Of a DNA stretch of 64,000 nucleotides, positions 8,679-17,921 are shown one piece after another. Each line of letters starts with the position of its first letter. The first letter of the stretch is position 1. The notes beneath the pieces were generated by a model that was not told the origin of the DNA, searched no databases, and was given only the letters and a program-made list of their open reading frames with translations. The DNA is taken from IMG/VR virus record IMGVR_UViG_3300047539_000055; one strand, written 5' to 3'. The DNA is from a virus. Taxonomy: Duplodnaviria > Caudoviricetes. A program made the position numbers and the translations under genes.

Positions 8679-9321
8679 AATTTGAAACAGATATTTTGAT
8701 TTCTTCTCTGTTTCCAATAATTAGGGGAAAGAGTTTTATTAATTGTTCTAATTTATCGGCATCTTCTTTCATTTTGATCGGATTTTTTACATCAAGGAAT
8801 TTATTAAATTTTGGTAGATAGAAGTCTGGAAGATAGGTTCTCCATTTTTTCATAGTAGTATCAAACCAATGAAGTCTTTTAGATGGTCTTAACCATATGA
8901 TATTTTGTTCATCTAACCACTTTGCAATTGTTAGTTCCCAAGAAGATTGAAGACTAGCTTCAGTATTGTCATTATGATTGAAGTAAATAATTCTAATTTT
9001 GGCACATTTATTTTTAGAACGAATTGAGTCGCGACACGCAATTGAACAGCATTTTTGCCCCCAATTTTTTTGTTCGAATATATTGTGGCAATGATGACAT
9101 TTATAAAATTGTTTTGTTCGTTTAGATCGTGTTATTCCCTTGGGCATAGTAATTTTTCCTTCTTTATACAGTTTTTTCATTTTTTGAGAAAGATTTTCTT
9201 TAGCTTTGGTTGACCAAGTTGTTCGTGTTCGTCTTGCATTGTTAAATTTTGCAGCACAAGACTGAGAACAAAACATCTTAGTTTCAATGATAGATATTTG
9301 ACATTGTTTACAATTTTTCAT
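8647..9321 (-). CDS. Zn-finger plus PD-(D/E)xK-type free-standing endonuclease
   Basis: CxxC..FCSxxC repeats, SSWE...YLPDFYLP...LDVK; late promoter at about 9327-9334 on the - strand; stop falls inside tRNA-Arg. Confidence 0.75.
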   Translation of the reverse strand: MKNCKQCQISIIETKMFCSQSCAAKFNNARRTRTTWSTKAKENLSQKMKKLYKEGKITMPKGITRSKRTKQFYKCHHCHNIFEQKNWGQKCCSIACRDSIRSKNKCAKIRIIYFNHNDNTEASLQSSWELTIAKWLDEQNIIWLRPSKRLHWFDTTMKKWRTYLPDFYLPKFNKFLDVKNPIKMKEDADKLEQLIKLFPLIIGNREEIKISVSNLVLHEGFEPS

Positions 9322-9380
9322 ATACTGTATTTATACATTTTTCTGAATATGATGTAGTGAAGGTTCAAAAAAGGAAACAA

Positions 9381-9605
9381 ATGAAAGTATTTTTATTGCT
9401 ACTCGTTGTATTTGTGGGTTATTACTTTTTGACTTCGTGGATGATTGATTCCCACTATAAAGAGATTGCTCAGCAAGAGCAGTATGTGAAAACACATGGT
9501 TGTACATTGGTAGAGACAATCCCAGTTCGTAGCGTAGGAATGATGGTACACGGAGAAACCGATATTTATAAATGTTCAGATGGAAAGACTATAGTAATAA
9601 ACTAG
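9381..9605 (+). CDS. membrane-anchored hypothetical protein
   Basis: AAGGA RBS; TM helix; two Cys; resembles 52259..52504. Confidence 0.55.
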   Translation: MKVFLLLLVVFVGYYFLTSWMIDSHYKEIAQQEQYVKTHGCTLVETIPVRSVGMMVHGETDIYKCSDGKTIVIN

Positions 9606-9613
9606 GTGATGAA

Positions 9614-9949
9614 ATGTCTGACAAGCCGAAGCACTTGCTATTCTCGTTAACCGCAAAAGATTTTGAGTTTCAAACCTTTTGTACTGGTGGACCTGGAGGG
9701 CAACATAAAAACGCGAAACAAAACGGTGTGCGATGCATTCATAAAGAATCAGGCGCAAGGGCGGAACATCGTGACGGAAGGGATCAGTTTAGAAACAAGC
9801 AAGCGGCTTTCGAGAAATGCGCTAACACACCACAGTTCAAGGCATGGCATAAAGTAGAGTGTATGCGTAAACTTGGACAATTGAAAGATATTGAACGAGC
9901 AGTTGATGAAGCCATGGCTGATAGTAATTTGAAAGTTGAGTATTTATAA
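9614..9949 (+). CDS. peptide chain release factor-like GGQ-domain protein (peptidyl-tRNA hydrolase domain)
   Basis: GGPGGQHKN..VR.IH..SG...R.Q..NK..A. Confidence 0.85.
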   Translation: MSDKPKHLLFSLTAKDFEFQTFCTGGPGGQHKNAKQNGVRCIHKESGARAEHRDGRDQFRNKQAAFEKCANTPQFKAWHKVECMRKLGQLKDIERAVDEAMADSNLKVEYL

Positions 9950-10155
9950 TGAAAAAGATTCATAAAAATATGTACATTTGGATTTTTGCTGTTACGTTGT
10001 CAGGAATGTTTGCAGGTCCAGCCTTATCCGATTTGTCAAATTATATGTTGTGCGCTTTTAGCGCCATATTTGCATTTATTGGTGGTGTTTATTGGTATAA
10101 ATGGAATAACGAGCAAGGAAAAGGAAAGAACGATGAAAAACAAATTGGCTTCTGA
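9949..10155 (+). CDS. small membrane protein
   Basis: two TM segments, coupled start. Confidence 0.5.
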   Translation: MKKIHKNMYIWIFAVTLSGMFAGPALSDLSNYMLCAFSAIFAFIGGVYWYKWNNEQGKGKNDEKQIGF

Positions 10156-10318
10156 TTTTGTGTTGGAAAAATTGACGGAATTACAGAAGCAGTATTACTT
10201 ACTATATCCATTGCCATATGTGTATCCAAGCGATAATGGCAAAATGGCGCAACTTATCGCAGATTCAATTGACATAGCAGTAATTGCTAAAAATAAAGCG
10301 GGAGCTAATATGTCCTAA
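10133..10318 (+). CDS. hypothetical protein
   Basis: ATG at 10133 after AAGGAA. Confidence 0.45.
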   Translation: MKNKLASDFVLEKLTELQKQYYLLYPLPYVYPSDNGKMAQLIADSIDIAVIAKNKAGANMS

Positions 10319-10404
10319 TCATAAATTTGTTCAATTGCCCCATACTGATACAATACCAAACAGTAGTATCGTAATCCCAGTTAAACTCTAACCAAGTAGA
10401 AATT

Positions 10405-11148
10405 ATGAAAATCACTCAGTTCACACAGCAAAATTTACGGAACTATCAGGAGGATCGCGCCTTCGTTAAGCAAATGAATAACGGAGAAGCGTTGCTCGGT
10501 ATGTTTGATGGTCATGGAGGCGATTGGACTTCCGCATTTGCGGCTAAGCACGCTCCGTATATTTTTAAATCCATACACAAGAATTTGAAAGCCACTCCTG
10601 AATTGGCGTTGCAATATTTGTTTCAAAGATTAGCTGATAAGACCCAATTTTATTATGCTGGTTCTACCGCGTGTGTTGTTTGGGTCAAAAAAGATATAGC
10701 ATATGTTGCCACATTGGGTGATAGTCTGGCAATTATTAAAACCGCCAATGATGATATTTGGATTTCTCCAGAACATAATGTGCGAACGAATACAGTAGAA
10801 GTTGATAAAGCTGTGTCGCGTGGCGGCGTTGTTTCTGATGGATATTTGTTTGATAGTAAGGTTTTTCAAGGATCAGGATTACAAATGAGTCGTGCCTTTG
10901 GAGATTCAAATTTATCTCGCGTTCTTGACAGAGAACCAGAAATTTTCTCTATTCCTATCAATGAAAAAAGTTGGATTTTGATTTGTACTGATGGTTTGAT
11001 TGATCCTACTCATGCATCGACTGCATGTTTAGATGTGATGGTTGATATGATCAAAAATCCAAAAGTTACTGCCGAAAATTTAGTTGAGATGGGTGCTACA
11101 TTTCAAAGAGATGACAATTCCACTGCAATCTTGGCAAGAATAGAATAA
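10405..11148 (+). CDS. PP2C-family Ser/Thr protein phosphatase
   Basis: QED, FDGHGG, GSTA, LGDS, SRAFGD, TDGL, DDNS motifs. Confidence 0.9.
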   Translation: MKITQFTQQNLRNYQEDRAFVKQMNNGEALLGMFDGHGGDWTSAFAAKHAPYIFKSIHKNLKATPELALQYLFQRLADKTQFYYAGSTACVVWVKKDIAYVATLGDSLAIIKTANDDIWISPEHNVRTNTVEVDKAVSRGGVVSDGYLFDSKVFQGSGLQMSRAFGDSNLSRVLDREPEIFSIPINEKSWILICTDGLIDPTHASTACLDVMVDMIKNPKVTAENLVEMGATFQRDDNSTAILARIE

Positions 11149-11287
11149 TTTGATTTTTGCAAGTTTTGTATAAATAACTTCAGTGATGTATAATATTATA
11201 CACTCTCTAAAGATGGTATGTTGATTTGCGGATTGTCCGTAGCTTAAAAAATCCATTTAAAGTTATTTGAGTAATCATTTCTAATTA

Positions 11288-12523
11288 ATGACCAAAAATA
11301 ATATACAATGTGCTTTTTGCAACAAGAGTAGAGATGAAAGTCTCAAAATGGTTGTTAGTGGAAGTTTTTCCATATGCGATAAGTGTGTATTTCTTTTTAA
11401 CGATCTTCTCAAAAACACACCAGAAGCAACTACTGCAATAATTCCTGAGAAAAAACATTTAGCCGAACAGCTAGACAGCATAAAGATTCGTAAATTCATT
11501 GATCAATATGTGATTGGACAAGAGCCAGCAAAGATGGCCCTTTGTGTTAGTGTAGTCAATCATTATAAGAGAATGTTGTTTGGTCAGGATAATGATAGTC
11601 TCAATAAAAGCAATCTACTGATTATGGGGCCGAGTGGCAGTGGTAAGAGTTTGTTAGTTAGCACGATTGCTAAGTTTTTAGATGTTCCATTCATTTCTGT
11701 TGATGCCACAACACTCACCGAAGCAGGATATATAGGCCAAAACGTTGATACAATCATTATGAGAATGTTGACAGAAGCAAATGGTGATATTGACGCTGTG
11801 GAAAATGGTATTGTATTTTTGGATGAAGTTGACAAGATTGCTTCAACAAAGAATAGAGTGTCAACAACCGATTCTAAAGTTGCTGGAGTTCAATCAGCAT
11901 TATTGAAAATGGTTGAAGGAACAATAGTTCCTATTGGTTCTGGATTGGATTTCAAAAGAGCAAAGCCTATTGAAGTTGATACATCCAATATTCTTTTCAT
12001 ATGTGGTGGATCGTTCAATGGACTAAATGAAATAGCGGCGGCAAGACTCAAGAAGAAGAAAGGTCTTGGTTTTTCAGATGTAGCTCCCATGATTCAAAAT
12101 ATTGAGTCTGAATATGCTACAGAAGATTTTATTGAATTTGGTTTGATTCCTGAATTTGTGGGGCGTTTTCCTATCAAGACATTTACCAAAGAACTTACTG
12201 AAGAAGAATTGGTTTGCGTTTTGAAAAATGACAAAAACAATATTTTGTCCGAATACAAATTCTATTTTGGTGTGGATGATATCGAATTAGAATTTACAGA
12301 AGGTTTTTTGGAAAAGGTTGCTCATAAAACCAAATTTGAGAAATCTGGTGTACGTGGTCTTCGTTCCCTGTGCGACAATATCATGTTATCCCATTTATAT
12401 TTGATACCAGAATATAAAAAGAGGAATGTAACCAAAGTAACATTTGATGGCGATTGCATAGACAAAAACCAAATACCAAAAATTGAGATTATTGAAAAAA
12501 AGCTTGACAAGAGAGCCAAATAA
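11288..12523 (+). CDS. clpX: ATP-dependent Clp protease ATP-binding subunit ClpX
   Basis: C4 zinc-binding N-domain, GPSGSGKS, DATTLTEAGYIG, FLDEVDK, LGF loop, FGLIPEFVGR. Confidence 0.93.
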   Translation: MTKNNIQCAFCNKSRDESLKMVVSGSFSICDKCVFLFNDLLKNTPEATTAIIPEKKHLAEQLDSIKIRKFIDQYVIGQEPAKMALCVSVVNHYKRMLFGQDNDSLNKSNLLIMGPSGSGKSLLVSTIAKFLDVPFISVDATTLTEAGYIGQNVDTIIMRMLTEANGDIDAVENGIVFLDEVDKIASTKNRVSTTDSKVAGVQSALLKMVEGTIVPIGSGLDFKRAKPIEVDTSNILFICGGSFNGLNEIAAARLKKKKGLGFSDVAPMIQNIESEYATEDFIEFGLIPEFVGRFPIKTFTKELTEEELVCVLKNDKNNILSEYKFYFGVDDIELEFTEGFLEKVAHKTKFEKSGVRGLRSLCDNIMLSHLYLIPEYKKRNVTKVTFDGDCIDKNQIPKIEIIEKKLDKRAK

Positions 12524-12572
12524 TAGTATTATGAAAGTATAGATACTATTCTACCTAAGAAAAGAGAAAATA

Positions 12573-12884
12573 ATGACAGGCGCACAGTGTGAAATTGTAA
12601 CCAAAGTCAAAATCAACACTGATTTGAAACCACCCGCACGATACAGTGTGGTGTATTTCAATGATGAAAAAACAAGTGCCGCGTTTGTGGTTCAATCATT
12701 AGTTGAAGTTTTTGGTTATTCAGTTGATGCCGCAATAGCGTTGACTAAGCAAGTTGATGAGAAAGGTTCTGGAGTTGCCGCATCTGGACTCAATAAAGAA
12801 TTGGCATCTCATTTACGAGATTTGGTTAAATCCAAAGCAGAGGCCGAAGGTTATCCTTTGGTTGTTGAAATCAAGGAAGACTAA
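12573..12884 (+). CDS. clpS: ClpS-family protease adaptor
   Basis: KPPARYSVVYFND..T...FVV..L..VF...G.GV...YPL. Confidence 0.85.
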   Translation: MTGAQCEIVTKVKINTDLKPPARYSVVYFNDEKTSAAFVVQSLVEVFGYSVDAAIALTKQVDEKGSGVAASGLNKELASHLRDLVKSKAEAEGYPLVVEIKED

Positions 12885-12887
12885 TAA

Positions 12888-13115
12888 ATGAAAATCCCTG
12901 AAGATTTAAAACGACATACGGCCGGGCATGGATATGAAGCAGGTTGTGATTGTGATCTTTGCGATGGGACGGGCGGCGAACCTGATTCCGAATGCAAAAT
13001 TTTGCCACCATATGAAACAATTCAAGCTTATATTGAACGTCTCATAAACAGAATTATGGAATTAGAAAAAGAGGTTCGCGCTGCGAATCTAAAATATATT
13101 AAACACCTGAATTAA
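12888..13115 (+). CDS. hypothetical protein
   Basis: CxCxxC; KIPEDLK start shared with 52709..53038. Confidence 0.5.
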   Translation: MKIPEDLKRHTAGHGYEAGCDCDLCDGTGGEPDSECKILPPYETIQAYIERLINRIMELEKEVRAANLKYIKHLN

Positions 13116-13417
13116 ATAATTGTTGCTGTAACTTTCTTTGCTTTCTTAGGTGCTGCCTTCTTTTTAGGTGCCGCCTTCTTTTTAGGTGCTGTCTTTTTAG
13201 GTTCTTCCTTTGGAGACGCAACTTCAACAACTACTGTTTTTGGGTGATCAATTTTCACTGCAACTTTTACTTCTTCATCTTCGTTTTTGACTGGGATTGG
13301 GCCGATTGCTTTATCAAGAGCATCGGTAGAAATTTCAAAGTTTTTGTCTTTCTTATTACCAACATATATTACTGCCGCTACAATAGCAACTGCAACCAAA
13401 ACATAGATATAAATCAT
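13112..13417 (-). CDS. membrane-anchored protein with histone-H1-like KKAAP tail
   Basis: N-terminal TM helix, KKAAPKKKAAPKK; AGGAG RBS and CTAAATA late promoter on the - strand. Confidence 0.65.
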   Translation of the reverse strand: MIYIYVLVAVAIVAAVIYVGNKKDKNFEISTDALDKAIGPIPVKNEDEEVKVAVKIDHPKTVVVEVASPKEEPKKTAPKKKAAPKKKAAPKKAKKVTATII

Positions 13418-13549
13418 AAAGACTCCTTTTACTAACAATATTATTTAGCAATTTTTTTGTTGACATTGTGGTGCAGTATTTGATATACTTACATTAATTA
13501 GAAAAATCAAGCAATGTATCAAACATTATTTGATAAGGAGTAGTAAATT

Positions 13550-13789
13550 ATGAAGCTTTCAAGCACACAAAATGTATTTTTGCACGAGTATCTTCGCGGA
13601 ACTGGTAAGACTCTTACCGCACGTCAGGCGTTGAGCAAGTACAACATCAAGAATCTTCGCGCACGTATTTCGGAGTTGAGACAGGCTGGTTTGGTTGTCG
13701 TAACTGAGAAGACCCGCGACGGTTTTAACAAGTATAGCGTTTCGCAGCGTGATATTTGGGGCAAGAACGGCAAGCGCAACAGCAGATAA
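13550..13789 (+). CDS. small winged-HTH DNA-binding protein
   Basis: LTARQA..YNIKNLRARISELRQAG; AAGGAG RBS; TTGACA promoter at 13461. Confidence 0.75.
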   Translation: MKLSSTQNVFLHEYLRGTGKTLTARQALSKYNIKNLRARISELRQAGLVVVTEKTRDGFNKYSVSQRDIWGKNGKRNSR

Positions 13790-13810
13790 TCCAGAATTTT
13801 GGGTGAAATG

Positions 13811-13836
13811 AGGGGAAGGCTAGACCTTCCCCTTTT
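13811..13836 (+). terminator. rho-independent terminator
   Basis: aggggaagg-ctaga-ccttcccctttt. Confidence 0.8.
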
Positions 13837-13840
13837 GCTT

Positions 13841-13920
13841 GCCCTTTAGAATCAATAACTTAGTTCCTATTGACTTTATCTCATTTATTTGGTATACTAT
13901 ATCTGTAGTCGAAAAGAGGG
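13841..13920 (+). promoter_or_regulatory. early promoter cassette (IHF-like site, TTGACT-17-TATACT, conserved leader)
   Basis: AATCAA-taac-TTA matches WATCAANNNNTTR; -35 at 13870, -10 at 13893. Confidence 0.75.
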
Positions 13921-13924
13921 AATT

Positions 13925-14134
13925 ATGGAAAAGATTGGTAAGTATGTTGTGGCAACGATTGTGACTATACCAATGTTAATAGGTATATCTTTTCTGTTGT
14001 CATGGTTTGTGATGCAATTATGGAATGGTTGTTTGGTTCCTGCTGTTTCTGGCGTTCATACTATTGGTTGGATGCAAGCATGGGGAATTATGATTTTGAG
14101 TTCTTTTTTGTTTGCTACATCTTCAAAAAAGTAA
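13925..14134 (+). CDS. small membrane protein
   Basis: two TM helices, IGWMQAWG motif. Confidence 0.6.
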   Translation: MEKIGKYVVATIVTIPMLIGISFLLSWFVMQLWNGCLVPAVSGVHTIGWMQAWGIMILSSFLFATSSKK

Positions 14135-14147
14135 TTGAAAGGGTGTC

Positions 14148-14330
14148 ATGTTCTGGATTTATGTAATTATCGCGTTTTTCATTTCCAGCTATTTGATGAA
14201 AATTGGATGGGATTATATGCGCCCCAAGAGCGATCCAATACAAGATGTGTTGGAAAGTTTGTATATGTTTTTTGGAATGGGTGGAATGATTGGGGTACTT
14301 TCAATCGTGATTTATCATTTGGTAGCATAA
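14148..14330 (+). CDS. small membrane protein
   Basis: AAGGG RBS, two TM helices. Confidence 0.5.
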   Translation: MFWIYVIIAFFISSYLMKIGWDYMRPKSDPIQDVLESLYMFFGMGGMIGVLSIVIYHLVA

Positions 14331-14342
14331 CGAAAGGGTGTC

Positions 14343-15086
14343 ATGAAAACGGCAAAAGTGGTTGTTCCATCAATTTCGTATCCGCGTGATTTGGTTTTTG
14401 CAACGGCTTGTGCTGCTCAGCGTATCAATGGCCAATATGTGAAACGTCCGTTTATTCCGTTTAGTCGTTATTATCCTGTTTATGTCCCCGTTGCTAAGAG
14501 GGTTGAACCTAGCGATACAATGTTGTATAATGCGGCTTTGATGAAGTCAATTCTTGCTTCTGATCAAAGTAATATTTTGCCAGAAGATTATGAATATGCT
14601 GAATTGGTTCGCAATTATTATTGCAGTAAGATTGCGTATGTTTTTAGTGGTGAAGCAGGAGATTTTCTCAAGAATGCCGTGGATGCCGCCAGCACAGAAG
14701 AAATTGCAACTGGTGAAAAGTTGTTTGGACTTACCGCATCATTGCCATCTTGTTACGCAAACAATGTCAAGCGTGATTTAGAGCGCAATAATTTGAGGGA
14801 ACTAACGGATAACAGTATTGCTCTTGATGCAGAAATTGGTCAGCTAGTAATTTTGAACGTCAAGATTGTTGATGCGATCTTCAAGGAAAAGTGGCAGTCA
14901 AATGCTGTCAATGCCTTGGTAAACAATGTTTCTGGAAATCGTATGGTCTTTTTCTTTAGCAAGCATTCTTGGACTAAAGGAAACACCTACAATGTTTCTG
15001 GCACTATCAAGAACAAGGGAAATCAGACTACTCAATTGAACAGGGTTACACTATTAGACCCTAGTGGAAAAGAAAAGGATATGTAA
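14343..15086 (+). CDS. hypothetical protein (possible C-terminal OB fold)
   Basis: 247-aa ORF with RBS; beta-rich C-terminus ending TQLNRV. Confidence 0.6.
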   Translation: MKTAKVVVPSISYPRDLVFATACAAQRINGQYVKRPFIPFSRYYPVYVPVAKRVEPSDTMLYNAALMKSILASDQSNILPEDYEYAELVRNYYCSKIAYVFSGEAGDFLKNAVDAASTEEIATGEKLFGLTASLPSCYANNVKRDLERNNLRELTDNSIALDAEIGQLVILNVKIVDAIFKEKWQSNAVNALVNNVSGNRMVFFFSKHSWTKGNTYNVSGTIKNKGNQTTQLNRVTLLDPSGKEKDM

Positions 15087-16207
15087 TGAAGTTTTTGAAA
15101 GAAATTTTGGACGTGGACTTACTCAATAAGTTGATTGAGGATGGGTTTGTCTCGCGCAAGTTTCACAACGATTATCCGTTGGCGGTTTTGAACTATACCC
15201 CGCAAGCGCAATATGATCCAAATTTGGTTTGGAACACCGAGATGAATTTGTCTCGTGGTCTGGTTTATTGTACTGAAACTGAAAAAATAGTGGCATTAGC
15301 TTTTCCTAAATTTTGGAACATCAACGATACCCGCCATCCTGAAACGATGGAAGAGAATCTTCCTAACGAAATTCCGATGTTATTGGATAAGTTGGATGGT
15401 TCTTTGGGAATAATGTTTGAATGGGATGGTTTGAATCACGTTGCAACTCGTGGCTCTTTTCATTCTGACCAAGCAAATTGGGCAACGAATTGGATTCGTA
15501 CTAAGTATCCGCGTTTGAAGTTGTCTCCCATGTATACTGTACTTTCAGAAATCATTTTCAAGGAAAACAAGATTGTTATTGATTATGATTTTGAAGGTTT
15601 GGTTGTTTTGGGCGTGATCAATATTGATACTGGCCGAGAATTGTCTCGCGATGATTTGAAGCCGTATTGTCGCGCTATGGGTCTGAATTTGGTGCAGGAA
15701 TACAAGAAGTCTCTTTCTGATGCTTTGAAGGAAAACGAAAAGAATCGTGAAGGTTACGTTTTGACTTATCCTTCTACTGGAATCAAGGTCAAGGTGAAGT
15801 TTGAAGAATATGTTCGTCTTCACAAGATTTTGACTGGTCTGAATGTTCATAGCGTATGGGAATTGTTGCGTGATGGTAAGTCTGCAACGATTGATGAATG
15901 GATTGCTGATGCTCGTATGCCCGAAACTTTCAAGGCGTGGGTTTTTGGAGTTCGCCGTGAATTGTGCATAAAGTTTATTGAAATCAATAATATCGCTGTG
16001 AATGCTTTTCAGTCAAAGCCGATACTTGATCAATTTATGCCATACAAGGAATCTCGTAAGAAAATGGCGGCATATTTTACTCAAGAAAAGTATCGTCCGT
16101 ATTCAGGATTGCTGTTTGGATTGCTGGATCACAAGGATATTACTCCTTCAATTTGGAAGATGGTTGAGCCTTCGGGCAATGCTGTTTATCTTGTGGACGG
16201 GGAGTAA
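15086..16207 (+). CDS. rnlA: RNA ligase 1 (T4 Rnl1-like)
   Basis: PKFWN, KLDGSL, ATRGSF, EGYVL, KVKFEEY. Confidence 0.88.
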   Translation: MKFLKEILDVDLLNKLIEDGFVSRKFHNDYPLAVLNYTPQAQYDPNLVWNTEMNLSRGLVYCTETEKIVALAFPKFWNINDTRHPETMEENLPNEIPMLLDKLDGSLGIMFEWDGLNHVATRGSFHSDQANWATNWIRTKYPRLKLSPMYTVLSEIIFKENKIVIDYDFEGLVVLGVINIDTGRELSRDDLKPYCRAMGLNLVQEYKKSLSDALKENEKNREGYVLTYPSTGIKVKVKFEEYVRLHKILTGLNVHSVWELLRDGKSATIDEWIADARMPETFKAWVFGVRRELCIKFIEINNIAVNAFQSKPILDQFMPYKESRKKMAAYFTQEKYRPYSGLLFGLLDHKDITPSIWKMVEPSGNAVYLVDGE

Positions 16208-16250
16208 TCCCCGTCTATTTTTATTGATATATCAACTAAGAAAGGAAACT

Positions 16251-17150
16251 ATGAAAAATTCAATTTGCAGTATTGCAATGATGCTTGTAATGCTATCACC
16301 GAGTGTATGGGGGCAGACTAAATCATACACTCACAAAGGAATCACTCAGGATTTGGGGCAACAGATAAAGGCCGTACTTGATCCAAATGCCACTAACGCT
16401 GATATCGCTGTCTATGTGCGTAATGCAAGGCCACTTGTTTACACGCCACAGGACAAGAAAGATTTTGACCTACTTTTTTCCCTTCAAACAATGAAAACTG
16501 ATCTTGATAATGATCAAGAGTTTCTTGGAAAATGGTCTTATAATACTGAAGACTGTCGCGCTATAGCAATCAATGGCGATCATCTCAAACTTGATGAGCG
16601 TAGAAATTATAAGGAAAAGTGTTTGGTTGACGCGGAACAAATGAAAAAGTCTCACGAGACTTTTCTTTCCCTTATTGCTAAAACTCGTATTGCTTATATT
16701 GCCCTTGAACACACTTACGCTCAACTTAGCGTTGACGTTGGGCTTACGCCAGAAGCTAATTTGAAGAACAATATTGATCTGTCTTTATTAGTAGACCGTG
16801 AGACAGCAAAATACAATGAAGCCTCAGATAGTATCAATGATTGCCTTACAAAATGGCAGGAATGGACTGATAATATAGTGGCAGAGCAATCTAAACATGA
16901 TGCCGAATTTGTTGATCTTAAGAAACAATATGATAATTGTTTAACAGCGAGAGGAATACTTATAACGTCTCTTGCTGATGCAATTGCAGATGATGTTGAT
17001 CATAAGCCAAGCAAGTCGGCTCAACTTTATGTTGCAAAGCATCCAGGATTATATTCTTTGCAAAACAATAAGGATAAGAATCGTTTAGAATATATGCCTA
17101 TTCTGACTTGTGGTGATTTGCCAGTTCGAATGGTATTTGCACCATTATAA
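16251..17150 (+). CDS. secreted helical hypothetical protein
   Basis: AAGGA RBS before ATG 16251; signal peptide. Confidence 0.6.
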   Translation: MKNSICSIAMMLVMLSPSVWGQTKSYTHKGITQDLGQQIKAVLDPNATNADIAVYVRNARPLVYTPQDKKDFDLLFSLQTMKTDLDNDQEFLGKWSYNTEDCRAIAINGDHLKLDERRNYKEKCLVDAEQMKKSHETFLSLIAKTRIAYIALEHTYAQLSVDVGLTPEANLKNNIDLSLLVDRETAKYNEASDSINDCLTKWQEWTDNIVAEQSKHDAEFVDLKKQYDNCLTARGILITSLADAIADDVDHKPSKSAQLYVAKHPGLYSLQNNKDKNRLEYMPILTCGDLPVRMVFAPL

Positions 17151-17158
17151 AATTTGGT

Positions 17159-17575
17159 TTACGAAACCCACCCTTGCCAATATAGGTTGTCCGTAGAAAT
17201 TGGGGCAGTGGTAAAGGTCACGGTAGAGCCAGAAACAGTGTAACCCACTCCTAAAATGAGTGGATAATTACACCAAACGAGCAAAGTGTTAGGAATTGGA
17301 GCAACATTACCGTAGGTTGTAAATACTTGAAGATTTCCATTTGGGGATTCTTGAAAAACACCCGAAACTGGAAGATTCGCAGGAGTTGTAGCAGCGGCGA
17401 CGACCGTAAGAATTTCGGTATTGCCGATAAAAGGCGCACCTTCCGCAATAGTGCCATTACCGATGAATAGGCGTTGGGAATCAACTGCCCATCCAAATTC
17501 ACCTGGGGAAAGTTGTGGCAAATTTTGTTGAAGTCCTAAACGTGTTTCTATTCGTGATTTCTGTTTGATAGGCAC
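17159..17575 (-). CDS. virion structural protein with Mtd_N/hyaluronidase-like N-terminal domain
   Basis: R.G....LPQL..GEFGWAVDSQRLFIGNG...GNTEILT; late promoter on the - strand at about 17594. Confidence 0.7.
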   Translation of the reverse strand: MPIKQKSRIETRLGLQQNLPQLSPGEFGWAVDSQRLFIGNGTIAEGAPFIGNTEILTVVAAATTPANLPVSGVFQESPNGNLQVFTTYGNVAPIPNTLLVWCNYPLILGVGYTVSGSTVTFTTAPISTDNLYWQGWVS

Positions 17576-17618
17576 TGTTTGTTTCCTCTATTGTATTTAT
17601 CAAAGGAAAAGATTTTAG

Positions 17619-17801
17619 TTGACACGTATGCCAAAGTTTGGTATACTTGAGAAGTAAAGGAATCAAATGCTATTTATTGAAAAGTATCCGATTATCGTCA
17701 TTATTTCGATTGCACTTGGGGTATTTGCACTTGCCTTGACTGTACCTTTTTGGAAATAAACCAAAATTTGTGTTGACAAACATGACAAAGTTTGGTATAC
17801 T
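17619..17801 (+). promoter_or_regulatory. two near-identical tandem early promoters
   Basis: ttgacacgtatgccaaagtttggtatact (17619) and ttgacaaacatgacaaagtttggtatact (17773). Confidence 0.75.
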
Positions 17802-17921
17802 AATAATAGGAATAATAATACCAAATAGTATTACCGAACGGCGCGATCATGATGAATCGTGCAATTATAAACCAACAACCAACAACCAATGGTAGTTCCA
17901 TTGAAAAGGATTATTGAAGTT

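Noticed and set aside
11187-11202. Perfect 16-bp palindrome tgtataatattataca upstream of clpX
   Set aside because: Single AT-rich occurrence; cannot be distinguished from chance or a simple leader hairpin
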